Of a stretch of DNA of 64,000 nt, positions 39,208 through 49,336 are shown piece after piece (the stretch's first letter is position 1; each line of letters begins with the position of its first letter). Position numbers and translations under genes: made by a program. Source of the DNA: Parcubacteria group bacterium (GTDB lineage Bacteria; Patescibacteriota; Minisyncoccia; SW-4-49-11); assembly GCA_943354045.1 (NCBI GenBank), contig CALRBF010000003.1, positions 4,703-68,702 of the forward strand, given 5' to 3'. A model generated the notes under the pieces. The model had not been told where the DNA came from, searched no databases, and saw nothing but the letters and a program-made list of their open reading frames with translations.

Positions 39208-40287
39208 TTAGCTCTGACTATTGCTTGAATATTTTTCCTTTACAGACTCCCACAGTTTTTGTGCAAAGGCTACTTTTTGCTCATCCTTAGCATTTTTTAT
39301 AAATGGTATTCTTTTACCTAAATAGTTATAGTTATCTAAATTATATAGGAAATGATTTATAAATTGCTCTTCAGTTGGATTAGGCGATTGTTGAATAAAC
39401 TTACTTCTTAGTGCTTTATCATTTTCGTTTTTCTCCTCTTCAATATGTTTTAGTTCTTCCATTCTATCTCTAAAACTATTCAGTACTGCATTTTCTCCAT
39501 AAATACTAGCCTCAATTTCATTCACTGCTGGTATCAGATCCTTATTTTTTTCAATCCCAGAAGTCGTGAATTCTTCATTTCCATTCAAAGCGGCTGCTAC
39601 ATTTCCCAAATATACCCTCCCCCTACCTTCTTGTGCTGGCATTACTACAAAATGGTCAAAGACCGTGCTAGTCCCATCCAAAAAATCTGACTCTCTTGGA
39701 GTATATTCTTGTATTTTACATTCAGCCATTGTCTTAATATCCTGATAACCTTCCAAAGCTTGTTTTGGAAAAGTAAAATAAAGATTATCATTAGCATCAA
39801 AATAAACTAAAGTATCCCCTGCCTGTTCTATAATTAAGAAAGTATGTCCAGGAGCCTGGATGGTAGTATGCTCAATATTATGACTTTGTAAATAAGTCGA
39901 AGCTATCAATGTCCTACCTGCACATTCCAAATGTCCCGATTGCATAGACTTAATCAATACTCCATCTTGAGGGGCATCTGGATCAAGTTCCTCTGTATCA
40001 GCCTTGCTTTGCAAAAGCTTAAATATCTCATAAGGCAAATCCTGTGCCTCTACTACCTCAAGACTTTGCTCAATTTTCTGATATCTTGGTAAAGCTTTGG
40101 TAGCCTCTATCAGTGTACCTTCAAAATCATCTAATTTAATCTCCTCACTAATTCCCAAACTCTCTAAAACGACCTTATTACCCTCCTCCACTTGCTCTGG
40201 AGTAACTTCCTGTTCTACACCTGAGCTCTCAGCCACTTCTTCAGTTTCCTCAATTTTCCTAAAATTAGCTCCATTTTCAACACCCAT
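39208..40287 (-). CDS. Hypothetical acidic protein inside the islet; possible Cys-His-Asp (transglutaminase/papain-like) core
   Basis: 359 aa. Very acidic N-terminus. Central segment SGHLECAGRTLIASTYL...GHTFLIIEQ...VYFDAND resembles the Cys...His...Asp layout of transglutaminase-like peptidases. Weak match only. Confidence 0.35.
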   Translation of the reverse strand: MGVENGANFRKIEETEEVAESSGVEQEVTPEQVEEGNKVVLESLGISEEIKLDDFEGTLIEATKALPRYQKIEQSLEVVEAQDLPYEIFKLLQSKADTEELDPDAPQDGVLIKSMQSGHLECAGRTLIASTYLQSHNIEHTTIQAPGHTFLIIEQAGDTLVYFDANDNLYFTFPKQALEGYQDIKTMAECKIQEYTPRESDFLDGTSTVFDHFVVMPAQEGRGRVYLGNVAAALNGNEEFTTSGIEKNKDLIPAVNEIEASIYGENAVLNSFRDRMEELKHIEEEKNENDKALRSKFIQQSPNPTEEQFINHFLYNLDNYNYLGKRIPFIKNAKDEQKVAFAQKLWESVKEKYSSNSQS

Positions 40288-40341
40288 AAGTTTTAGTTTA
40301 CTATATTAATAATATCATATTATGTGGGAGACTATTAAGAT

Positions 40342-41190
40342 TTAGACTTTTTTATCTTGATCTAAATAATTTTTAGACCTTTGTAATTGTGTTGCATTTT
40401 TAGGAGAAATAATACTTTTTCCTGTTTGTTTCTCTAATGTTATTCTTGCTTGTTTAGCAACATTGCCCCCTTCTTTTGCTACTTTTTTGTTTTCATTCAA
40501 TCCTTTTGGCTTTTGTTCTTTTGAAATTTCGGCAGTAGAGGCTTCGGCTAACATATTCAAAACTAGCTCAAGATTAGTCATATTATCTCTTAGATTTTGT
40601 TTTTTGAGACCTTTAAAATTTTTATATTGCCTTACTGATTTATCTGCCCAGGCTTTTGTGATTTCATCTGTTAAAATTGCATATTCTAAACCTTCTTGAA
40701 CCCCTCTTTCATCCCATTCATCAGTTAACTCTTTTCTAATCTCAATACTTTTTAATCTTTGATTAATCCAATTTGGAGAATATCCTTTCTTGAAATAAGT
40801 TTTCATTGCTCTTTCAAAAGCAAGCTCTGGATCCTCAGTCTCCTCTATTCTCTCATATCCAACCTTTGCTAACCAAAGTTTGAAAGGTTCAGCTTTTGGC
40901 GATGGAATTGATTGAATTAGTCTTAAAATATTTTCTGTGTCTAAGACATCGGTAAGGTAGCTTTTACCATCAGACGATTGCATTTTCAGTTGTCCCATAT
41001 TTTGGGACAACTGACTTCCTTCATTGTTTAACTTTGTTTTTAAAGCATTCCAATACTTTCGTGGTCTAGGACTTTCTGTTAAAATCTCAATTACATCCAC
41101 AACAGAAAAATACCAAAGCTCTTTTTCATTATCCCAAGCCCTACGAACTTGCTTTTGATTGAATATTATTATGGAATTTTCTTTTTTCAT
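40342..41190 (-). CDS. DinD-like (DNA-damage-inducible protein D) / Bro-N domain protein
   Basis: 282 aa. C-terminal segment VRQYKNFKGLKKQNLRDNMTNLELVLNMLAEAST parallels E. coli DinD (KGLKKNQKILDHMGSTELAANLFRAT). The N-terminal region is Bro-N-like. Confidence 0.6.
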   Translation of the reverse strand: MKKENSIIIFNQKQVRRAWDNEKELWYFSVVDVIEILTESPRPRKYWNALKTKLNNEGSQLSQNMGQLKMQSSDGKSYLTDVLDTENILRLIQSIPSPKAEPFKLWLAKVGYERIEETEDPELAFERAMKTYFKKGYSPNWINQRLKSIEIRKELTDEWDERGVQEGLEYAILTDEITKAWADKSVRQYKNFKGLKKQNLRDNMTNLELVLNMLAEASTAEISKEQKPKGLNENKKVAKEGGNVAKQARITLEKQTGKSIISPKNATQLQRSKNYLDQDKKV

Positions 41191-41280
41191 AATTTTTTAT
41201 TACCATCTTTGATTACTATGATACCACAATTCATGCTTCTCTTCCAATTTATGTACTAGCTGACTACACTTTGTAGTCAC

Positions 41281-41336
41281 CTCACCCGCCAAGAAAAAGT
41301 CACTATTATGAAAGTCAAAGAAATTTTGGGATTGTA
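41281..41336 (+). repeat. 56-bp direct repeat, copy 2: orphan 3' fragment of atpD (last 18 codons, ending TAG)
   Basis: Perfect identity to 39137..39192. Divergence begins 1 nt after the repeat on both sides. Confidence 0.9.
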
Positions 41337-41421
41337 GGAAAATATCTTCAATAAAAATTATAAAATTGACTCAAATACTATAATTCTTTATACTATAGTT
41401 ATAAATATATAATTCCACCCT

Positions 41422-42060
41422 ATGAATAAACAGCGTTTCGAAGCATTAACCGAAGGAATATTTGCGATTGTAATGACTTTGCTTGTGATTGAGATTAAAG
41501 TCCCTGAAATCCATCATATTGCAACTAATCTTGAGTTATGGGAGGCTATCAAAGAATTAACTCCCCTATTCTTAAGTTTTATATTGAGTTTTACGGTACT
41601 TGCAACTCTTTGGAGAGCTCATGTATTTATGATTTCCTATTATGCCAAATCAATAGATACTCATATGATAAACATAAATATTATATTCTTTATTTTGGTA
41701 GCCTTATTGCCTTTTTCAGCCCATCTATTGGGAGCATATCATTATACTCAATTTGCTATTATTTTTTATGGACTCAATATATCTCTATTGAGCTTAACCC
41801 TGTATGGTCTCAGGACATATATGCGAATTTCTGGGAATATTGATACTGAGAGATTCGATACCTCTGATCGTAAATATACTCGAATTCGTATTTTACTTCC
41901 GCTTTTATGTTCTATGCTCGCTATTCCCCTATCATTCTGGAATACTAATATTTCTATTATTATGTATACTTTTGTGGTACTATTCAATTTCTTACCAGGA
42001 GGAATTGTCTTTATTGAAAATATAGTTAATAAAATATTAGGCCGAAATATTGAGGTGTAA
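41422..42060 (+). CDS. DUF1211/TMEM175-family membrane protein (putative K+ channel)
   Basis: 212 aa. N-terminal signature RFEALTEGIFAIVMTLLVIEIKVP (RxxxFSD/GxFAI motif of TMEM175/DUF1211) and 6 predicted TM helices. Confidence 0.65.
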   Translation: MNKQRFEALTEGIFAIVMTLLVIEIKVPEIHHIATNLELWEAIKELTPLFLSFILSFTVLATLWRAHVFMISYYAKSIDTHMININIIFFILVALLPFSAHLLGAYHYTQFAIIFYGLNISLLSLTLYGLRTYMRISGNIDTERFDTSDRKYTRIRILLPLLCSMLAIPLSFWNTNISIIMYTFVVLFNFLPGGIVFIENIVNKILGRNIEV

Positions 42061-42098
42061 ATTGTGGATATGTTAATTATTGACATATTTAAAATATA

Positions 42099-42428
42099 TT
42101 GATATTATTTTATTATACAGTTATAGTTTATATAATGAATTATCTCAAACTTATTCTGAATGGATTTCTCTCAACGATTACCATAATTATAGTATTGGGA
42201 GTTTTATATTTTTTCTGGGCAACCCAATCTAATAGCTCTCTATTAAATTTGTCATTTGGGAGTTTACTTATATACAAATATCAGCCCGATCCTCCTGGAT
42301 TTGCTTTTGGGAATGGATTATTTCTCATAAGTTTATTGGGTGGTTTATTGAATGCTCTTTTCATAAAATTTCAAAAGCCCAAATCAAAAAAAGGAGAGGA
42401 GGTGAATACAAATGGACAATCTCAATAA
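42099..42428 (+). CDS. Small hypothetical membrane protein
   Basis: 109 aa, two hydrophobic helices, no recognisable family. Confidence 0.3.
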   Translation: MILFYYTVIVYIMNYLKLILNGFLSTITIIIVLGVLYFFWATQSNSSLLNLSFGSLLIYKYQPDPPGFAFGNGLFLISLLGGLLNALFIKFQKPKSKKGEEVNTNGQSQ

Positions 42429-42645
42429 CACTCAATCTACCAGCTCTGCAGTTCTCTATGTAGGTATTGCTTTGGTTTTACTTTTTGGAGTATGGGGATT
42501 TTGTATGAGTAAAGGTTATCGTGGTGGTAAAATTCTTTTTCAACCAACAAAAGGAATATATGCCATTGAATGTGTTAAGTAAAGTGATTCTATCCTAGTA
42601 TTATCTGAGGCCTCAGATATCCGACCTAATAATATTATAATCTAA

Positions 42646-43419
42646 ATGTATATATTTAAAGCTCAGCATATTTCCAAACAATTCCAAGACACTCCTATTT
42701 TACATAATATTTCTTTTGAACTTTCTAATCAAAATAATATTATTGGGTTAATTGGTCCAAATGGCTCAGGAAAAACGACATTACTCAAATGCTTATCTGG
42801 GTATTTGGAATCGACCTATTCAATATTAGAAGTATATCCTCATATATCTTTAGCTCAAAATCCTGATTTGTATCAGGAGAATATTTCTTTTGTCCCAGAT
42901 ATTGATTCTATTTCTCCATTTTTAACTGGTAGAGAATTTTTGAATCTTGTGATAGATATGCGTAAATTATATTCCTCTAAAATACAAAAAAGGCTTCATT
43001 TACTTTGTGATTATTTTGATATATCAAATGACTTGGATAGATTGATGAAGGAATATTCACATGGAATGATAAAAAAGATATCCCTTATTGCTGGATTTCT
43101 TCCTTCGGCAAAAGTCTTATTATTAGATGAGCCCTTTAATGGACTTGATCCTGAAATGATTACTTTGACCCAAAATCTCATTCGCCAATACTCAACAGGA
43201 GACAAAGCCTGTCTCTTATCTTCTCATTATCTTCAAGGGATTGAGGAGCTTTGTAGTTCAATTATTGTTTTAGATAAAGGGCATATTCACTATAAAGGTA
43301 CCGTGAATAGCTTTATTCAACAATATCAAACAAAAAATCTCGAGACCTCATGGATACAATATTTAGGAATTTCTGATGAAAAAAATGAACTTATTCAAAA
43401 AATTATTGATTGCAATTAA
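42646..43419 (+). CDS. ABC transporter ATP-binding protein
   Basis: 257 aa. Walker A GPNGSGKTT, signature/Walker B region (LLLDEPFNGLD). Confidence 0.85.
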   Translation: MYIFKAQHISKQFQDTPILHNISFELSNQNNIIGLIGPNGSGKTTLLKCLSGYLESTYSILEVYPHISLAQNPDLYQENISFVPDIDSISPFLTGREFLNLVIDMRKLYSSKIQKRLHLLCDYFDISNDLDRLMKEYSHGMIKKISLIAGFLPSAKVLLLDEPFNGLDPEMITLTQNLIRQYSTGDKACLLSSHYLQGIEELCSSIIVLDKGHIHYKGTVNSFIQQYQTKNLETSWIQYLGISDEKNELIQKIIDCN

Positions 43420-44503
43420 GTTAAATATTCTCGAGAATAAAAACTATATTCGAGAATTAGCTAAAAGTAATATTTTTGTATATATAATACCGATATTATT
43501 GATAGCTTTGTCTATTTTTTATATATTATTTTGGCAATTATTAATAGATACATACTTTGAAAATATACAACTTTCAATACAAAATATATTCAAGTTATCT
43601 ATATTAACACTCTGTATTATTTCTGTAGCACAGGTATTATTATTAGGGATATTCTATAAAGACACCCCCATATCTCCACTTGTCAGTAATTTAGATAATA
43701 AAGAAAAATATTGGTTTAATCTCATATCAATACTATATATTCAGGTTATCATAAGTAGTATTTTACTTTGTCCTATATTTTTTATTTATCATATAGTATT
43801 CTCAATACCTATTTCTCTTATATATTATATTGTACTTATTACTGCTATTCATAGTCTTAGCATACTATTATTTACCCTAATACTTAGATACCCCATTATA
43901 TTTAAAACTTTTACCATCTCTCACAAAAACACTCCCCTTTATAATGGATTATTACGTATGCCCTTTTTTGGAATTGAAATTATCTCAATACTCTTTTTAC
44001 AAATTATTCTGATTATAGTTCTCAAAACAGTATCTCTAGATTGGCTTGATTCTATATTATCTCAACTTATTATTATATTCCCCTATCTCATTATATTTTT
44101 TGCTTTACTAATTCAATCTATTTACCAGTCTTTATACCCAATTATTATACCCTACCCCAAATCAAAACAGTATTTATTACAATTACATATTAATACCCTC
44201 ATAATAATATGGATACTATTTAGTATAAGCACTTTATTCAATGCCCTAATATATGACATACACAATTATACTACATTTATAGAGGGTTTAATATTAATTA
44301 TACTAGCTTATAGCATAAGTAAGTTTTTTACTTTACTACATTCTGACCAAATTGCAATTCTTATTATGGGAATGATTTTAATTATATTAAATAATTATTT
44401 TATCCAAATTATTCCTAGTATCTGGATACGGTTAGGAATAGCTTTTACTCTTTGTGTATTTAGTACTATTGTTAATAAAAACTCAGCTTATGAGTCTCGT
44501 TAA
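43376..44503 (+). CDS. Polytopic membrane protein, probable permease partner of the upstream ABC ATPase
   Basis: 375 aa, extremely hydrophobic with ~10 predicted TM segments. Overlaps the ATPase gene end. Confidence 0.45.
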   Translation: MKKMNLFKKLLIAIKLNILENKNYIRELAKSNIFVYIIPILLIALSIFYILFWQLLIDTYFENIQLSIQNIFKLSILTLCIISVAQVLLLGIFYKDTPISPLVSNLDNKEKYWFNLISILYIQVIISSILLCPIFFIYHIVFSIPISLIYYIVLITAIHSLSILLFTLILRYPIIFKTFTISHKNTPLYNGLLRMPFFGIEIISILFLQIILIIVLKTVSLDWLDSILSQLIIIFPYLIIFFALLIQSIYQSLYPIIIPYPKSKQYLLQLHINTLIIIWILFSISTLFNALIYDIHNYTTFIEGLILIILAYSISKFFTLLHSDQIAILIMGMILIILNNYFIQIIPSIWIRLGIAFTLCVFSTIVNKNSAYESR

Positions 44504-44963
44504 TTATATACATCTCATCAAGTCAATTATATTTGCCTATCGATTAATATGGTTTATATCTATTGCCTTGATATTCTCTTCTCTGTGGATACAGAATATA
44601 TTCATTTTTAGTATTATTTCTACTTTTGGTTTATTTAGTGCTATATTTATTCATGAAATTGCTCACTTATTATTGGCATATTATTTTCATTCTCCAAAAT
44701 TAATAAAGATTCAATACCAGCACAATCATCTTAATATATCCTATCCCTTTCATCCTATTCCTAGTATTATCATTAGTTTAGCAGGACCCTTATCCAATAT
44801 CATAATTGCTATTATAGCTAGTATACTTACTCAAGATATATTTAATATTATTGTCATTATTAACATCATATTTGGAATAGGCAATTTCTTCCCACCCAGT
44901 AATGATGGCAAAGAGATATTCAAAGGATTAAAAATACTTATCCGAGATACGATATCAAAATGA
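44454..44963 (+). CDS. Site-2-protease-like (M50 family) intramembrane zinc metalloprotease, short form
   Basis: 169 aa. HExxH within a TM helix (IHEIAHLL) and NxxPxxxxDG motif (GNFFPPSNDGKE). Confidence 0.55.
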   Translation: MYLVLLLIKTQLMSLVNYIHLIKSIIFAYRLIWFISIALIFSSLWIQNIFIFSIISTFGLFSAIFIHEIAHLLLAYYFHSPKLIKIQYQHNHLNISYPFHPIPSIIISLAGPLSNIIIAIIASILTQDIFNIIVIINIIFGIGNFFPPSNDGKEIFKGLKILIRDTISK

Positions 44964-44965
44964 TA

Positions 44966-47677
44966 TTACTTCGCCCCTAATCTCACTCGCCATTTGTAGA
45001 CTTCGGCGACGGCGATGACGACAGCGATGGAGATAAAGCCATAATAAATAGAATCATATAGCGAGACTGGGGTGAATTGTAATATTCTCTGGAGGAATGG
45101 GAGGGTTATCATAGCGACTAAGATGAGAGCTGAGGCGGCGACAGCTAGGTTGATCATACGATTGGAGAAGAAGCCGATGCTGAATAGAGATTCTTTTGGG
45201 GATCGCATATTATAGCTATTGGCTAATTGCATCAAGGCTAAGCAGAGGAAAAACATTGTTCTGGCCTGTTCAATTCCATTAACTAAATAAGCTAGATAAA
45301 TCCAGAAGCCTATTACGGTCATAATTAAAGTCATAACTATAATATAGGGATAGGTATTGGGTGAGACTACTTTCATATTGGCTGACAGTGGTTTTTCTAA
45401 CAAAATTCCTTTATGACTTCGCTCGGTAGCAAGGGCAATATCTGAAATTCCATTGGTAACTAAGTTTAGGCACAAAACTTGTATAGCTAAAAGTGGTAAT
45501 GGCAGCCCTAAGCTGAGGCTTAATATAAAGAGTAAAATCTCCGCAATACTGGTAGTGATGAGGAAAATACTAGTTTGTTGTATATTCCTGAATATAACTC
45601 TTCCCTCTTCCAGAGCCGAGATAATACTGACAAAATTATCATCAGTAAGTACAATATCACTGGCTTCCCGAGCTACATCAGTACCTCTGATACCCATAGC
45701 TATACCTATATCGGCTTTTTTGAGAGCTGGGGCATCATTTACCCCGTCTCCCGTCATAGCCACGATATGCTTATGTTTTTGTAGGATAGTGGCTACTCTG
45801 AGCTTACTTCTTGGACTTAACCTAGCTAGTACAGAAATATGCTTGAGTTTTTTATATAATTCCTTATCAGATAACTTTTGAATCTCATCATCGGTCAAAG
45901 CTTCTCCTGTCTCGTCTATCAAACCAATGGATTTAGCAATGGCCAGAGCAGTGTCTTTATGGTCTCCAGTTGCCATAATTACTCTGACTCCTGCTTTTTT
46001 AGCCTGTGCAATAGCATCAGCTACTTCAGCTCGAGGCGGATCGATAATCCCAACTATACCTACAAATACTAAATCTTGCACTTGCTCGGCTTGAATAGCT
46101 TTTAGTCCCGCTGATTCATCTCTATAGGCAAGGGCTATAACCCTCATAGCTTGTTTAGAGAATTGAACTATTTGCTGATTAACCTTCTCAATATGATTGT
46201 CTGTTAAATCAATTATATTACCTTTTTTATCTAAAATTTTATTACTTAATTTCAGCAAAGTTTCACTAGCTCCTATCACCATCATCTGATATAAGTCCTG
46301 ATCTTGATTATACACATAGCTGGCTCTCAATTTATTCTCAGAGCGAAAAGGTAAATCTGCTAATCTATGCCATTCATTGTCAAGTAAATCTTTATTAAGT
46401 CCAGACTTGTTAGACAATACTGCTAAAGATACTTCTGTGGGGTCTCCAAGACTCTTGATTGTAGGCGTTACACTCTCTATAACTTCTTCATATACCTGCC
46501 CATTATGAGCAAGCCCTGCTATATGCAATAATTTAGCAATTGCAGGATAATCTAAAGGAATAATAATATTATTACCTTGTTTAAAGTCACCTATAGGAAT
46601 AAGCCCTCGACCAGTAATATCTATTATTGGCTCATCCAAAACCCATAATTTTTGAACCGTCATATTATTCTCAGTCAAAGTTCCCGTTTTATCTGTAATA
46701 ATAGTATCCATCACAGCAAGAGATTCTGTGACTGGAAGAGACCTTATAATAGCCTTTTTATCACTCATTCTTTTAGCTCCTATTGCTAATACCACTACCA
46801 AAACTACTGGTAAACTCTCTGGGATACCACCCACTAGAGCAGACAAAGTAAAGCTTATCATTTCATCTAGAGGTAGTCCCCGAAACCAAAATCCAATCAC
46901 AAACAGAATAGCTGCTGAGCTAAAAGCAAAAATAGCTAATTGTCGAGCTAAAGTAGCAGTTTGAGTATGGAAATGAGTCTTTTCTACTGGTAATTTTTGA
47001 ATATCCTCGGCAATTGTCCCGATTTGAGTATTCATACCTGTAGCAACTACCACAGCTTTTGCCCAGCCAGTAGCTACCAGAGTTCCCATCCAAACGGAAT
47101 TCACCATATCTCCAATACCAACTTCTTTTGTAATTATTTCTAAGGATTTTTGAATTGGTTGCGACTCCCCCGTCAAAGCCGACTCTATGATCTGTAATTC
47201 TACAGCCTCAATCAGCCTTGCATCAGCCGGAACCTTATCTCCCTCCTCCAAAATAATAATGTCCCCAGGTACTAAGTCCTTGGCATCATGCTCTTCCAAA
47301 TGCCCATCACGATACACCTTAGTTTTGACCAAAATTTTCTGAGCCAGAGCCGATACCGCTTTCTCTGCCCTATACTCTTGGGAAAACCCAATAATAGAAT
47401 TTATCAACACAATAACAATAATAATCCAAAAGTCTACCCAATGATTAAATACAGCCGAAAGTATAGCAGATAAAATCAACACATAGACTAATCCATTATG
47501 AAATTGTTTTAGAAATGTCCAAATAGGTGAGGTACTCTGTTTAGGAGTTAATATATTTTTACCATATTGTACTTGTCTAACTTCTATCTCTTGAGAAGTT
47601 AGACCCCCTGTATTAGTAGCTAATAATCCTAATATTTCTTCTATCGTAAGTTGATAATATTCTTTTCTTTTTTTCAT
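44966..47677 (-). CDS. P-type cation-transporting ATPase (Ca2+/Mg2+-type, P2)
   Basis: 903 aa. DKTGTLT phosphorylation motif, TGDGVNDAPALKKADIGIAMG hinge, 10 TM layout. Confidence 0.9.
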   Translation of the reverse strand: MKKRKEYYQLTIEEILGLLATNTGGLTSQEIEVRQVQYGKNILTPKQSTSPIWTFLKQFHNGLVYVLILSAILSAVFNHWVDFWIIIVIVLINSIIGFSQEYRAEKAVSALAQKILVKTKVYRDGHLEEHDAKDLVPGDIIILEEGDKVPADARLIEAVELQIIESALTGESQPIQKSLEIITKEVGIGDMVNSVWMGTLVATGWAKAVVVATGMNTQIGTIAEDIQKLPVEKTHFHTQTATLARQLAIFAFSSAAILFVIGFWFRGLPLDEMISFTLSALVGGIPESLPVVLVVVLAIGAKRMSDKKAIIRSLPVTESLAVMDTIITDKTGTLTENNMTVQKLWVLDEPIIDITGRGLIPIGDFKQGNNIIIPLDYPAIAKLLHIAGLAHNGQVYEEVIESVTPTIKSLGDPTEVSLAVLSNKSGLNKDLLDNEWHRLADLPFRSENKLRASYVYNQDQDLYQMMVIGASETLLKLSNKILDKKGNIIDLTDNHIEKVNQQIVQFSKQAMRVIALAYRDESAGLKAIQAEQVQDLVFVGIVGIIDPPRAEVADAIAQAKKAGVRVIMATGDHKDTALAIAKSIGLIDETGEALTDDEIQKLSDKELYKKLKHISVLARLSPRSKLRVATILQKHKHIVAMTGDGVNDAPALKKADIGIAMGIRGTDVAREASDIVLTDDNFVSIISALEEGRVIFRNIQQTSIFLITTSIAEILLFILSLSLGLPLPLLAIQVLCLNLVTNGISDIALATERSHKGILLEKPLSANMKVVSPNTYPYIIVMTLIMTVIGFWIYLAYLVNGIEQARTMFFLCLALMQLANSYNMRSPKESLFSIGFFSNRMINLAVAASALILVAMITLPFLQRILQFTPVSLYDSIYYGFISIAVVIAVAEVYKWRVRLGAK

Positions 47678-47689
47678 ATATCAACAATA

Positions 47690-49309
47690 TTATTGCCCCT
47701 CATATTTATCCAGATTAGCAGTTTTAGGTATTTTTACCACAAATACTGCTCCATGTGAAGAACCAGGATTTTTGAGTTTTAATGTACCATGATGTAGCTC
47801 AACAATAGTACGAGAAATAAATAATCCAAGACCAGAACCATTTGGATTTTGATCCCCTACTCCTCGAGCACGGAATCGATATGTAAAAATTTTATCTTTT
47901 ATAGTAAAATCTATTCCAGGCCCATTATCTCTAAAGAGAATTTTTAATCTATCCCCCTCATCAACCACTGTAATCCAAATTTTTCCTTTTCCATAATAAA
48001 TCGCATTGAATAACAAATTCTGAAAAACCTCCTTCATTCTTATACTATCCATGGATACTTTAAAATCTTTTCCTATTGATTTTAAAATAGTTTCTGTTTC
48101 AAAATACTCTAATATATATTTACTATCTTCTAGCAAATATTGTAATTCATCTTTTACATCAACTTCCAGACGTATAGTAACTCCAAATCTATTAGCTTTT
48201 ATTGCATTAAAGGCTAATAAATCATTTACAATAACAATGAGTCTCTGAGCATTCAAATATACTTTTATCAAATCATCATGAGTGGCTTGATTCATTTTAT
48301 ATTTACCTTGCCATTGCTCTAAAATCAAAGAAAGAAATCCATTTAATGATGTAAGTGGTGTACGTAATTGATGAGATGTCATACGAAGAAACAAATCTTT
48401 TGACTCAATTATCTCAATTAATTTATTATTAGTTTTCTCTAATTGATGTTCTCGCTTAATACCCTTCAATAATTCTTGTATTAAGGTATAGGCTAATCCA
48501 GTAAATAGTAAAAAGAATATCACGCTCACTATTACCTCATAGGTATTCTTTGCAATAAAAATATAGATAAATAAAATAATACCCATTAATCCGAGTAATA
48601 TTTCTGATAAAATCATCTTAATATCAAAAAGATGATGTTTTAAGATAGCATAGGTGGTGAAGATAGTTAAAAATATTGAGCATAATTGACCAACCCAATT
48701 AAATGTAAATACTCCTATCCATGGTAAAATTAAATTAGTTACAAAGGCTGGATATGTTGATAAAGTAGTCCCTAAGATAATAAATAAAATTTGATTTTGT
48801 TTAACTCCTTTAAACTCTTTATACTTGAGCCTTAATTCATAAAAGGCAAGATTAAATGTTACTATTATAAATATAGCATATATCCAAAATAATTCCCCAA
48901 AAATAATTTTATGTTCCAGACCATCTTGTAGAACAACTGAGCTAATTATATAAGGGGTAGTCCATGTTAATATAAGTAAAAAACCTAAGAAAATTAATAA
49001 AGCTTTTTCTAATATTTTATTCTTTTTTACATATATAAAACGATTTACAAAAAGTAAAAATACCATTGGGATAAAAAGAGCAGAAATATATAATAATTTT
49101 GTAATCCCTAAGAGCCCATCTATATTATTAGTAGAGCGGTATATAGTTATCATTGTAATCCAACCTACCACTGTTAGTATCACGAGTGAGAACAACCTCT
49201 TGCTTGAATCTTGTTTTTGATCTGAGCTAAAAAAAAGTAGCAACCCTAAAGCAAAATTTGTTACTCCAATCGTAATTAATAATATATTTATTACATCAAA
49301 TCCAACCAT
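47690..49309 (-). CDS. Sensor histidine kinase with multi-TM N-terminal sensor domain (no response regulator in window)
   Basis: 539 aa. H-box RMTSHQLRTPLTSLNGF, N/G boxes (GSGLGLFISRTIVELHHG). Confidence 0.8.
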   Translation of the reverse strand: MVGFDVINILLITIGVTNFALGLLLFFSSDQKQDSSKRLFSLVILTVVGWITMITIYRSTNNIDGLLGITKLLYISALFIPMVFLLFVNRFIYVKKNKILEKALLIFLGFLLILTWTTPYIISSVVLQDGLEHKIIFGELFWIYAIFIIVTFNLAFYELRLKYKEFKGVKQNQILFIILGTTLSTYPAFVTNLILPWIGVFTFNWVGQLCSIFLTIFTTYAILKHHLFDIKMILSEILLGLMGIILFIYIFIAKNTYEVIVSVIFFLLFTGLAYTLIQELLKGIKREHQLEKTNNKLIEIIESKDLFLRMTSHQLRTPLTSLNGFLSLILEQWQGKYKMNQATHDDLIKVYLNAQRLIVIVNDLLAFNAIKANRFGVTIRLEVDVKDELQYLLEDSKYILEYFETETILKSIGKDFKVSMDSIRMKEVFQNLLFNAIYYGKGKIWITVVDEGDRLKILFRDNGPGIDFTIKDKIFTYRFRARGVGDQNPNGSGLGLFISRTIVELHHGTLKLKNPGSSHGAVFVVKIPKTANLDKYEGQ

Positions 49310-49336
49310 TATATTAATTTTATTTTTATGTGAAAA

